Below, piece by piece: positions 34,534 through 43,221 of a stretch of DNA of 48,827 bases. The position numbers and the translations under genes were made by a program. Position 1 is the first letter of the stretch. The number at the start of each line of letters is the position of its first letter. The stretch spans positions 1 to 48,827 of the forward strand of contig CAZSSQ010000003.1 in the NCBI GenBank assembly GCA_964609465.1, given 5' to 3'. The notes beneath the pieces were generated by a model. That model did no database searches. It saw only the letters and a program-made list of their open reading frames with translations, and was not told where the DNA came from. Origin of the DNA: an uncultured Dehalococcoidia bacterium (GTDB lineage: Bacteria; Chloroflexota; Dehalococcoidia; DSTF01; JALHUB01).

Positions 34534-35634
34534 ATGACCCTCGTAACCTTCGACAACGTAAGCAAGTTCTTCGGCGACGTCGTCGCCCTCAAGGACTTCT
34601 CGGTGGAGGTCCTTGAGCGCGAGTTCATCGTCCTTCTGGGGCCCTCGGGATGCGGCAAGTCCACCGCCCTGCGCATCGTGGCCGGCCTAGAGGAGCCCAC
34701 CAACGGCAACATCCTCATCAAAGACCAGATAGTGAACGACGTGGAGCCCAAGCGCCGCGACGTGGCCATGGTCTTCCAGAACTATGCCCTCTACCCCCAC
34801 ATGAGCGTCTACAACAACATCGCCTTTGGGCTGCGCATGCGCGGGCTCAAACGCCGCGAGATCGACACGCTGGTCAAGGAGGCAGCCCAGAACCTCGGCC
34901 TTGGGGAGCTGCTCCGTCGCAAGCCCGGCGAACTCTCGGGTGGCCAGCGGCAGCGCGTGGCCCTGGGAAGGGCCATAGTCCGCCGGCCCGTCGTTTACCT
35001 AATGGACGAGCCCCTCTCTAACCTGGACGCCAAGCTGAGGGTGCAGACCCGGGCCGAGCTTGTCAAGATGCACCGCCTGCTCCAGACTACCTTCATCTAC
35101 GTTACCCACGACCAGGTGGAGGCCATGACCATGGGCGACCGTATCGCCATTTTGGAGCAGGGGGTGCTGCAGCAGGTGGGGCCGCCCCAGGAGGTCTACG
35201 ACCGACCAGGCAACATCTTCGTCGCCGGGTTCATCGGCAGCCCGGCCATGAATATGTTCCCGGCCCGCCTAGAGAGCCGCGACGGCGACGTCTTCGCCGA
35301 TAGCCAGGTGGGCAGCTTCCGGCTGGACACGCAGCAGGCCCACGGCGCCACGGATGCGTCCGACGGCGAGGTCATGGTCGGCATCCGCCCCGAGCACCTG
35401 TACGTGGGTGGCAGCGAGGGCAGCGGCGCCGTGTCGGCTACCATTGGGGCGATGGTGGACCTGGTGGAGTACCTGGGCAACGAGGCCCACGTCACCTTCT
35501 CGCGGAGCGATACCACACTGGTAGCCCGCCTCGACGCCCGGGTGAAGCTGAAGCCTGCGGAGATAGTCCCCCTCACCGTCCTGGTAGAGAACCTCCACCT
35601 CTTCGATCGAGCCAGCGGGCAGAGGCTGGCCTGA
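34534..35634 (+). CDS. Carbohydrate (CUT1) ABC importer ATP-binding protein (MalK/UgpC/MsmK-like)
   Basis: [40 protein letters not shown] and a C-terminal regulatory/TOBE-like domain. The start is ATG 34534 or GTG 34513. Confidence 0.9.
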   Translation: MTLVTFDNVSKFFGDVVALKDFSVEVLEREFIVLLGPSGCGKSTALRIVAGLEEPTNGNILIKDQIVNDVEPKRRDVAMVFQNYALYPHMSVYNNIAFGLRMRGLKRREIDTLVKEAAQNLGLGELLRRKPGELSGGQRQRVALGRAIVRRPVVYLMDEPLSNLDAKLRVQTRAELVKMHRLLQTTFIYVTHDQVEAMTMGDRIAILEQGVLQQVGPPQEVYDRPGNIFVAGFIGSPAMNMFPARLESRDGDVFADSQVGSFRLDTQQAHGATDASDGEVMVGIRPEHLYVGGSEGSGAVSATIGAMVDLVEYLGNEAHVTFSRSDTTLVARLDARVKLKPAEIVPLTVLVENLHLFDRASGQRLA

Positions 35635-36602
35635 TGAAGAGCGGCGACGCCGCAACAGCGGCGCTCCCGGCACCGGTTCCTCTAAGGCGGAGGTATCCCT
35701 GGCTGGGAGAGCTGTCCCGCTTCGGGGGCGGCATGCTCTTCCTCGCTATCCCTTTGTGCCTGTTCGGCGCGTTCGTCTTCTATCCCCTCGTCAAGTCGGT
35801 CTATCTTGGTTTCTTCGTTAGCGACCCCTTCGGGCACGGCCAGGAGTTCGTCGGCTTCGACCAGTATCGGGAGGTGCTGACATCCCCAGACTTCCGCAAG
35901 AGCCTAGGGGTGACCGTCCTCTTCGCCCTCTACACGGTGCCCACGGGGATGACGCTGGGGCTGGTGTTCGCCCTGCTGGCCAACCAGCGCCTGCGAGGGT
36001 CTCTCTTCTTCCGCACGGTCTTCTCCTCCACCATTGCCGCCTCGGTGGCGGTGGCGGCAGTCATGTGGCTGATGCTCCTGAACCCCAGCGCTGGCATCGT
36101 CAACTGGGTGCTGGGCCAGTTTGACCTCCCCCGCGTCAGCTGGCTGACGGACCCGGCATGGAGGGAGACCTGGGACAGCGGCCCGGCCCTCATGGCTGTG
36201 TCCCTCACGACCATCTGGCTGAACATAGGGTTTACCACCCTGGTACTTCTGGCCGCCCTCCAGAACATCCCCCAGGAGCTGTATGAGAGCGCCCGCGTGG
36301 ACGGCGCCAGCCCCTGGTCCCTCCTGCGCCACATCACGCTGCCCATGCTCTCGCCGGCGCTCCTTTTCGTCGTCATCGTCGCATCCATCAATGCCTTCCA
36401 GTCCTTCGGACAGATCCACATCCTCACCCGGGGCGGCCCGCTGGACGCCACCAATGTCATCGTCTACTCGATCTATACTGACGCCTTCATCAACTTTGAA
36501 TACGGCGCAGCAGCGGTGAGGGCCGTCGCCCTCTTCGTGCTAGTGCTCGCTTTCACCCTCGTCCAGTTCCGCTTCCTGGCGGGGAAGGTCTTCTACCGAT
36601 GA
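35634..36602 (+). CDS. ABC sugar importer permease (MalF/UgpA-type)
   Basis: 322 aa, 6 TM. EAA-like loop ELYESARVDGASPWSLLRHITLPML. TGATG overlap with the ATPase gene. Confidence 0.85.
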   Translation: MKSGDAATAALPAPVPLRRRYPWLGELSRFGGGMLFLAIPLCLFGAFVFYPLVKSVYLGFFVSDPFGHGQEFVGFDQYREVLTSPDFRKSLGVTVLFALYTVPTGMTLGLVFALLANQRLRGSLFFRTVFSSTIAASVAVAAVMWLMLLNPSAGIVNWVLGQFDLPRVSWLTDPAWRETWDSGPALMAVSLTTIWLNIGFTTLVLLAALQNIPQELYESARVDGASPWSLLRHITLPMLSPALLFVVIVASINAFQSFGQIHILTRGGPLDATNVIVYSIYTDAFINFEYGAAAVRAVALFVLVLAFTLVQFRFLAGKVFYR

Positions 36603-37462
36603 CTCTGCGCATCCGCTACGGCCGCGTGGCACAAGTAGCCCTGACATACGCCGCACTGATGCTGGGCGCCGCGATCGTGATCCTGCCCATATACCTGGCG
36701 GTGGTGAACAGCCTCCTGCCGAAGGAGCAAGCCATCTCCTACCCGCCGAAGCTCTTCCCACCTCACCCCGAGCTCGGCGCCTACAAGAAAGCCATGGAGT
36801 CGGTGCCCCTGGCGCGCTACATGTTCAACAGCTTCGCCCAGTCCAGCGTCATCACTATCGGGCAGCTAGCTACCTCCGTCGTCGCCGCCTACGCCTTCGC
36901 CTTCATGCGTTTTCCGCTGCGCAACTTCCTCTTCATCTTGTTCCTGTCCACCCTCATGGTGCCCTTCGAGGCCTCCATCATCCCGAACTTCCAGACAGTC
37001 CAGATGATGGGCGGCGTGCTGGGTGGCAAGATACTGAGCCTGGACTCGTACCAAGCGCTCACAATCCCCTTCCTGGCCACTGCCTTCGGCACCTTCCTCA
37101 TGCGTCAGCACTTCATGACCATTCCCCTGGAGCTGCGCGACGCCGCCGCCATCGACGGGTACGGACACCTGCGCTTCCTCTGGCACGTGGTGCTGCCGCT
37201 CTCCAAGCCGGCACTGGGGACGCTGGCCGTCTTCTCCTACCTCCTGGCCTGGAACCAGTACCTTTGGCCGCTCCTGGTCACCAACTCCGACAACTACCGG
37301 ACGGTGCAGATCGGGCTGGCAGGCCTGGCCTCCCAGGAGATCGACTCCATAAACGTCGTAATGGCGGGTACCATCATCGCCCTGCTGCCCATGCTCATCA
37401 TCATCGTGATCTTCCAGCGGCAGCTGGTGCGGGGGCTCATGACCGGGGCCATCAAGGGCTAG
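36599..37462 (+). CDS. ABC sugar importer permease (MalG/UgpE-type)
   Basis: 287 aa. ELRDAAAIDGYGHLRFLWHVVLPLSKP EAA loop. ATGA overlap with the upstream permease. Confidence 0.85.
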   Translation: MTLRIRYGRVAQVALTYAALMLGAAIVILPIYLAVVNSLLPKEQAISYPPKLFPPHPELGAYKKAMESVPLARYMFNSFAQSSVITIGQLATSVVAAYAFAFMRFPLRNFLFILFLSTLMVPFEASIIPNFQTVQMMGGVLGGKILSLDSYQALTIPFLATAFGTFLMRQHFMTIPLELRDAAAIDGYGHLRFLWHVVLPLSKPALGTLAVFSYLLAWNQYLWPLLVTNSDNYRTVQIGLAGLASQEIDSINVVMAGTIIALLPMLIIIVIFQRQLVRGLMTGAIKG

Positions 37463-37511
37463 CAGACTTGGTCGCCAGATAGCAGACACGTCACAGGGAA
37501 GGGGGTACGAA

Positions 37512-38888
37512 ATGCGAAGGATCCTCGTGCTGCTCCTCGTCGCTCCCGCTTTGGTTCTTGTCGTCGCCTGTGGTGGTGGCGGCGAGAAGACCGCTCAGGA
37601 GACACAGCCGGCCGGCCCGGTAAGCATCACCTTCTGGCATTCCATGACCGCCGCCAACGAGAAGACCCTGGAGACCATCGTCCAGGAGTTCAACAGCTCC
37701 CAGAACGAGGTCGTGGTCAATCCTGTCTTCCAGGGGACCTACAATGACTCCTTGAACAAGTTCCTGGCCAGCTCGGGCCGCGCCAGCGAGCTGCCTGCCC
37801 TCATCCAGATCGAGGATATCTCCACCCAGCTCATGATCGACAGCCAGGAGATCACCCCCGTCCAGGACTTCATCGACAGAGAAGACTACGACCTCTCTAA
37901 CTTCGAGCCCCGCGTCCTCGACTACTACCGCGTCGGCGACCGCCTCTACTCCATGCCCTTCAACCTCTCCAGCCCTGTCCTCTACTACAATAAGAACGAC
38001 TTCCGCGAGGTCGGCCTCGACCCCGAGAAGCCGCCCCAGACCCTGGAGGACGTGAAGGCGTACTCGGAGAAGCTCTTCCAGAAGGACAGCTCCGGCAACA
38101 TCACCCGCTCCGGCATCTCCCTGGAGATCAGCCCCTGGTATCTTGAGCAGATGCTGGCCAAGGCGGGCGCCCTCTACGTCAACAACGGCAACGGCCGCGA
38201 GGGCCGCGCCACCGAGGCCGTCTTCAACGGCCCCGAAGGCAAGGCCATCTTCGAGTGGTGGGCAGACATGGTAGAGAGCGGCCTCGCCTTCAACGTCGGG
38301 CGCAACCCCAGCGGAGCCGACCATCTGCTGGCCATCTCCTCCGGCCGCGCCTCCATGACCATCGGCTCCTCCGCCGCCCTCCGCTCCGTCTTCGACATCA
38401 TTGAGGCCGGCGGCGCGAAGGGCGTGGAGCTGGGGGTAGGGCCCATGCCGGCGGCCCAGAGCGCGGAAGGAGGCATCGTCGTCGGGGGCGCCTCCCTCTG
38501 GATCATCAAGGCCCGGCCCGAGGCCGAGCAGGAGGCAGCCTGGAAGTTCCTCAAGTTCCTGGTGGAAGCCGACCAGCAGGCCGAGTGGTATGCCGGCTCC
38601 GGCTACTTCCCCATCCGCAGCGACGCCTTCGACAAGCCCGCGGCCAAGGAGGCGGAAGTTAGCTACCCCTACCTGCGCGTCGCCCCCCAGCAGCTCCAGG
38701 AGGGCGCCCGCAACCGCGCCACCCAGGGCGCCATCATGGGCCCCTTCACCAAGATCCGCTGGGAGGTCATCGCCACCGCCTTCGAGTCTATGCTCCTGAC
38801 GGGCACCCCGCCCGACGAGGCTCTGGATGGCGCCGCCAGCGAAGCCACCGCACTGATCAAGGACTACAATGAACGCGTGAAGCAATAG
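37512..38888 (+). CDS. Family-1 extracellular solute-binding lipoprotein, paralogue 1
   Basis: 458 aa. Lipobox LVVAC followed by a GGGGE linker. ITFWHSM...NPVFQGTY is typical of CUT1 SBPs. Confidence 0.85.
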   Translation: MRRILVLLLVAPALVLVVACGGGGEKTAQETQPAGPVSITFWHSMTAANEKTLETIVQEFNSSQNEVVVNPVFQGTYNDSLNKFLASSGRASELPALIQIEDISTQLMIDSQEITPVQDFIDREDYDLSNFEPRVLDYYRVGDRLYSMPFNLSSPVLYYNKNDFREVGLDPEKPPQTLEDVKAYSEKLFQKDSSGNITRSGISLEISPWYLEQMLAKAGALYVNNGNGREGRATEAVFNGPEGKAIFEWWADMVESGLAFNVGRNPSGADHLLAISSGRASMTIGSSAALRSVFDIIEAGGAKGVELGVGPMPAAQSAEGGIVVGGASLWIIKARPEAEQEAAWKFLKFLVEADQQAEWYAGSGYFPIRSDAFDKPAAKEAEVSYPYLRVAPQQLQEGARNRATQGAIMGPFTKIRWEVIATAFESMLLTGTPPDEALDGAASEATALIKDYNERVKQ

Positions 38889-38946
38889 CCCGCCTGGCGC
38901 AGATCACGCTTCCGCTTCCTACGCGCGTCCTGGAAGGATCAAGAGG

Positions 38947-39408
38947 AAAAGACTAGTGCGAAGAGCCGTATTCCTGCTGACCCCGCTGCTGATCCTGCTG
39001 GCGGCGGCCTGTGGCGGCGGCGGCGAGGCGCCTCAGGAGACCCAGCCCGCCGGCCCTGTCAGCATCACCTTCTGGCACTCCATGACCGCCGCCAACGAGA
39101 ACACCCTCAAGGCCCTCGTCCAAACCTTCAACAGCTCCCAGGACGAGGTGACCGTCAACCTCGTCTTCCAGGGGACCTATGACGACTCCTTGAACAAGTT
39201 CCTCGCCAGCCTGGGCCGCGCCAGCGAGCTGCCTGCCATCATCCAGATGCACGACATCGCCACCCAACTGATGATCGATAGCCAAGAGATAACCCCCATC
39301 CAGGACTTCATCGACCGGGATGGCTATGACCTCTCACCGTTCGAGCCCCGCGTCCTCGACTACTACCGCGTCGGCGACCGCCTCTACCCCATGCCCTTCA
39401 ACCTCTCC
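38947..39408 (+). repeat. 462-bp exact direct repeat, copy A (RBS + 5' third of SBP paralogue 2)
   Basis: Base-for-base identical to 40388-40849 (offset 1441 nt), checked by eye line by line. Confidence 0.9.
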
Positions 39409-40326
39409 GGCCTTGTCCTCTACTACAACAGGAACGACTTCCGCGAGGTCGGCCTCGACCCCGAGAAGCCGCCCCAGACCCTCGAGGACGTGAAGGCGTA
39501 CTCGGAGAAGCTCCTCCAGAAGGACAGCTCCGGCAATATCACCCGCTCCGGCATCGCCCTGGACGTTAGCCCGCCGTACCTCGAGCAGATGCTGGCCAAG
39601 GCGGGCGCCCTCTACGTCAACAACGGCAACGGCCGCGAGGGCCGCGCCACCGAGGCCGTCTTCAACGGCCCCGAAGGCAAGGCCATCTTCGAGTGGTGGG
39701 CTGACATGGTGAAGAGCGGCCTCGCCTTCAACGTCGGCCGCAACCCCAGCAGCGCCGAGGGCCTCCTCGCCATCGGCTCCGGCCGCGTCTCCATGACCAT
39801 CACCACCTCCGCCGCCCTGCGCTCCATCTTCGACGTTCTCGAGGCCGGTGGCGCCCAGGGCGTCGAACTCGGCGTAGGCCCCATGCCCGGACCCCAGAGC
39901 CCGGACGGAGGCGCCATCGTCGGCGGCGGCTCCCTCTGGATAGTGAAGACGCGGCCCGAGGCCGAGCAGGAGGCAACCTGGAAGTTCCTCAAGTTCCTGG
40001 TGGAACCCGAGCAGCAGGCCACCTGGTACGCCGGCTCCGGCTACTTCCCCATCCGCAGTGATGCCTTCGATGAGCCGGCGGCGCAGCAGGCCGAGGCCGA
40101 GTACCCCTACCTGCGCGTCGCCCCGCAGCAGCTCCAGGAGGGCGCCCGCAACCGCGCCACCCAGGGCGCTATCTTGGGCCCGTTCGCCAAGATCCGCAGC
40201 GACGTCATCTACATCGCAATCGAGTCCATGATCCTGACAGACACGCCGCCCGATGAGGCCATAGACAAGGCCGCCAGCGAGGCCACCGAACTGATCAAGG
40301 ACTACAATGAGCGCGTGAAGGAGTAG
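38956..40326 (+). CDS. Family-1 extracellular solute-binding lipoprotein, paralogue 2
   Basis: 456 aa. GTG start behind GAGGAAAAG, lipobox LAAAC. Very similar to paralogues 1 and 3. Confidence 0.85.
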   Translation: MRRAVFLLTPLLILLAAACGGGGEAPQETQPAGPVSITFWHSMTAANENTLKALVQTFNSSQDEVTVNLVFQGTYDDSLNKFLASLGRASELPAIIQMHDIATQLMIDSQEITPIQDFIDRDGYDLSPFEPRVLDYYRVGDRLYPMPFNLSGLVLYYNRNDFREVGLDPEKPPQTLEDVKAYSEKLLQKDSSGNITRSGIALDVSPPYLEQMLAKAGALYVNNGNGREGRATEAVFNGPEGKAIFEWWADMVKSGLAFNVGRNPSSAEGLLAIGSGRVSMTITTSAALRSIFDVLEAGGAQGVELGVGPMPGPQSPDGGAIVGGGSLWIVKTRPEAEQEATWKFLKFLVEPEQQATWYAGSGYFPIRSDAFDEPAAQQAEAEYPYLRVAPQQLQEGARNRATQGAILGPFAKIRSDVIYIAIESMILTDTPPDEAIDKAASEATELIKDYNERVKE

Positions 40327-40387
40327 CGCTCCCTCGCGCACCGCACCCGACCGTTTCCGCTACGCGCACCCTCGAAGAACCAGGAGG

Positions 40388-40849
40388 GAAAGACTAGTGC
40401 GAAGAGCCGTATTCCTGCTGACCCCGCTGCTGATCCTGCTGGCGGCGGCCTGTGGCGGCGGCGGCGAGGCGCCTCAGGAGACCCAGCCCGCCGGCCCTGT
40501 CAGCATCACCTTCTGGCACTCCATGACCGCCGCCAACGAGAACACCCTCAAGGCCCTCGTCCAAACCTTCAACAGCTCCCAGGACGAGGTGACCGTCAAC
40601 CTCGTCTTCCAGGGGACCTATGACGACTCCTTGAACAAGTTCCTCGCCAGCCTGGGCCGCGCCAGCGAGCTGCCTGCCATCATCCAGATGCACGACATCG
40701 CCACCCAACTGATGATCGATAGCCAAGAGATAACCCCCATCCAGGACTTCATCGACCGGGATGGCTATGACCTCTCACCGTTCGAGCCCCGCGTCCTCGA
40801 CTACTACCGCGTCGGCGACCGCCTCTACCCCATGCCCTTCAACCTCTCC
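40388..40849 (+). repeat. 462-bp exact direct repeat, copy B (RBS + 5' third of SBP paralogue 3)
   Basis: Identical to 38947-39408. Identity ends at ...aacctctcc, then g/a. Confidence 0.9.
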
Positions 40850-41767
40850 AGCCCCGTCCTCTACTACAATAAGAACGACTTCCGCGAGGTCGGCCTCGAC
40901 CCCGAAAAGCCACCCCAGACCCTGGAGGACGTGAAGGAGTACTCTCAGAAGCTCCTCCTGAAGGACAGCTCCGGCAACATCACCCGCTCCGGCATCGCCC
41001 TCGACGTCAGCCCCTGGCACTTCGAGGAGATGCTGGCCAAGGCGGGCGCCCTCTACGTCAACAACGGCAACGGCCGCGAGGGCCGCGCCACCGAGGCCGT
41101 CTTCAACGGCCCCGAAGGCAAGGCCATCTTCGAGTGGTGGGCTGACATGGTGAAGAGCGGCCTCGCCTTCAACGTCGGCCGCAACCCCACCTACTCCGAC
41201 GGCCTTCTGGCCATCGCCTCCTGCCGCGCCTCCATGACCATCACCACCTCCGCCGCCCTCCGCTCCATCTTCGACGTTCTCGAGGCCGGCGGCGCGAAGG
41301 ACGTGGAACTCGGCGTAGGCCCCCTGCCCGGCCCCCAGAGCTCGGAGGGAGGCGTCATCGTAGCCGGCGCCTCCCTCTGGATCGTCAAGGCCCGCCCCGA
41401 GGCTGAGCAGGAGGCAGCCTGGAAGTTCATCCGCTTCCTGGTGGAGCCCGACCAGCAGGCCACCTGGTACGGCGGCTCCGGCTACTTCCCCATCCGCCGG
41501 GACGCCTTCGATAAGCCCGCTGCCCAGGCGGCAGAGGCCAAGTATCCCTACCTGCGCGTCGCCCCACAGCAGCTCCAGGAGGGCGCCCGCAACCGCGCCA
41601 CCCAGGGCCCGATCCTGGGCCCCTTCTCCAAGATCCACTCCGAAATCGTCGCGACCGCCATCGAGTCCATGATTCTGACTGACACCCCGCCCGATGAGGC
41701 CATAGACCACGCCGCCAGCGAGGCTACCCAAGTGATCAAGGAGTATAATCAGCGCCTGAAGGAGTAG
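40397..41767 (+). CDS. Family-1 extracellular solute-binding lipoprotein, paralogue 3
   Basis: 456 aa. The first 151 codons are nucleotide-identical to paralogue 2, after which the sequence diverges. Confidence 0.85.
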   Translation: MRRAVFLLTPLLILLAAACGGGGEAPQETQPAGPVSITFWHSMTAANENTLKALVQTFNSSQDEVTVNLVFQGTYDDSLNKFLASLGRASELPAIIQMHDIATQLMIDSQEITPIQDFIDRDGYDLSPFEPRVLDYYRVGDRLYPMPFNLSSPVLYYNKNDFREVGLDPEKPPQTLEDVKEYSQKLLLKDSSGNITRSGIALDVSPWHFEEMLAKAGALYVNNGNGREGRATEAVFNGPEGKAIFEWWADMVKSGLAFNVGRNPTYSDGLLAIASCRASMTITTSAALRSIFDVLEAGGAKDVELGVGPLPGPQSSEGGVIVAGASLWIVKARPEAEQEAAWKFIRFLVEPDQQATWYGGSGYFPIRRDAFDKPAAQAAEAKYPYLRVAPQQLQEGARNRATQGPILGPFSKIHSEIVATAIESMILTDTPPDEAIDHAASEATQVIKEYNQRLKE

Positions 41768-41842
41768 CGCCGCCCCTCCTCTACGGCTCTGGACGGCTGC
41801 CCCTGTACCGTCCTTCATTGAAGACTACGGAGGGGGCCCCAA

Positions 41843-43210
41843 GTGCGAAGAACCCTCTTTCTGCTGACCCCGGTGCTGGCCTTCCTGGTGGCCGCTTGCG
41901 CAGGCGGCGCTGAGGCGCCGACAGAGACCCTGCCTGCCGGCCCGGTGAGCATCACCTTCTGGCACTCCATGAACGCTGCCAATCGCGATGCCCTGGAGGC
42001 TCTGACGGCCCGCTTCAACAGCACGCAGGACGAGGTGAAAGTGGAGCTGGTCTTCCAGGGCAACTACGTCGATTCCCTGAACAAGTTCATCGCCTCCCTG
42101 CCTTCCGGCAACGTGCCCACTATGATCCAGATGCACGACGTCGCCACCCAGCTCATGATCGATAGCCAGGAGGTGACCCCCATCCAGGACTTCATCGACC
42201 GGGAGAGCTATGACCTGTCCGACTTCGAGCCGCGGCTCCTGGACTACTACCGTGTCGGCGACCGCCTCTACTCCATGCCCTTCAACGTCTCTAACCCGGT
42301 CCTCTTGTATGAAAAGAACTCGTTCCGCGAGGTCGGCCTGGACCCGGAGAAGCCGCCCCAGACCCTGGAAGAGCTGACGGAGTACTCCCGAAAGCTCGTG
42401 AAGCGGGACAGCCAGGGCAACATCACCCGCTCCGGCATCGCCCTGGAGATCAGCCCGTGGTACTTCGAGCAGATGCTGGCCAATGCCGGCGCCCTCTACG
42501 TCAACAACGGCAACGGGCGTGACGGCAGGCCCACCGAGGCCATCTTCAACGGGCCCGAGGGCAAGGCCATCTTCCAGTGGTGGCACGACATGGTGGAGGA
42601 GGGCCTGGCCTTCAACGTCGGCCGCAACCCCACCGGCACCGACCATCTGCTGGCAGTGGGCTCTGGCCGCGCTGCCATGACTATCGGTACCTCTGCCGCT
42701 CTGCGCTCCGTGCTCAACGTCATTGAGGGTGGAGGCGGCCCGGCCGGCGTGGAGATGGCTGTCGCGCCGCTCCCGGCGCCTCAGAGCTCAGACGGTGGAA
42801 TGATCGTCGGCGGCGCCTCCCTCTGGATCATCAAGAGCCGGCCGGAGGCCGAGCAGGAGGCAGCCTGGAAATTCATCAAGTTCCTGGTGGAGCCGGCCCA
42901 GCAGGCGGACTGGTATGCCGGAACTGGCTACTTCCCCATCCGCCACCTGGCCTATGAGGAGCCCGCCGCCCGAGACGTGGAGGCCAGCCACCCGTACTTC
43001 CGCATCGCCCCCGAGCACTTGGTGGCCGGGGCCCGCAACCGCGCCACCCAGGGCGCCCTGCTGGGGCCCTTTCCTCAGGTGCGGGATGCAGTGGCCACTG
43101 CCATGGAGGAAATGATCGTGGGCACCAAGTCCCCGGCCGATGCCCTCGACGACGCCGCCCGCAAGGCCACAGAGATCATCCGCGACTACAACCAGCGCGT
43201 GAAGCCCTAG
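41843..43210 (+). CDS. Family-1 extracellular solute-binding lipoprotein, paralogue 4 (most divergent)
   Basis: 455 aa. GTG start behind GGAGGGGG, lipobox LVAAC. Collinear with paralogues 1-3. Confidence 0.85.
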   Translation: MRRTLFLLTPVLAFLVAACAGGAEAPTETLPAGPVSITFWHSMNAANRDALEALTARFNSTQDEVKVELVFQGNYVDSLNKFIASLPSGNVPTMIQMHDVATQLMIDSQEVTPIQDFIDRESYDLSDFEPRLLDYYRVGDRLYSMPFNVSNPVLLYEKNSFREVGLDPEKPPQTLEELTEYSRKLVKRDSQGNITRSGIALEISPWYFEQMLANAGALYVNNGNGRDGRPTEAIFNGPEGKAIFQWWHDMVEEGLAFNVGRNPTGTDHLLAVGSGRAAMTIGTSAALRSVLNVIEGGGGPAGVEMAVAPLPAPQSSDGGMIVGGASLWIIKSRPEAEQEAAWKFIKFLVEPAQQADWYAGTGYFPIRHLAYEEPAARDVEASHPYFRIAPEHLVAGARNRATQGALLGPFPQVRDAVATAMEEMIVGTKSPADALDDAARKATEIIRDYNQRVKP

Positions 43211-43221
43211 GACCCTGCGCG

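Noticed and set aside
34190-34537. A 115-aa plus-strand ORF and a 68-aa minus-strand ORF (34059-34265) in the large intergenic region, considered as a possible small regulator.
   Set aside because: Neither has an RBS. Both are Arg/Pro/Ser-rich with no helix-turn-helix or other motif, and the plus-strand ORF runs into the ATPase start region.
37491-42646. Minus-strand ORFs of 464, 110, 335, 110, 347 and 273 aa lying opposite the four SBP genes.
   Set aside because: They mirror the SBP genes in antisense and duplicate each other only because the SBP genes do. Their composition is G/A/E/L/V-rich and low-complexity, they have no RBS, and they overlap genes with strong coding evidence.
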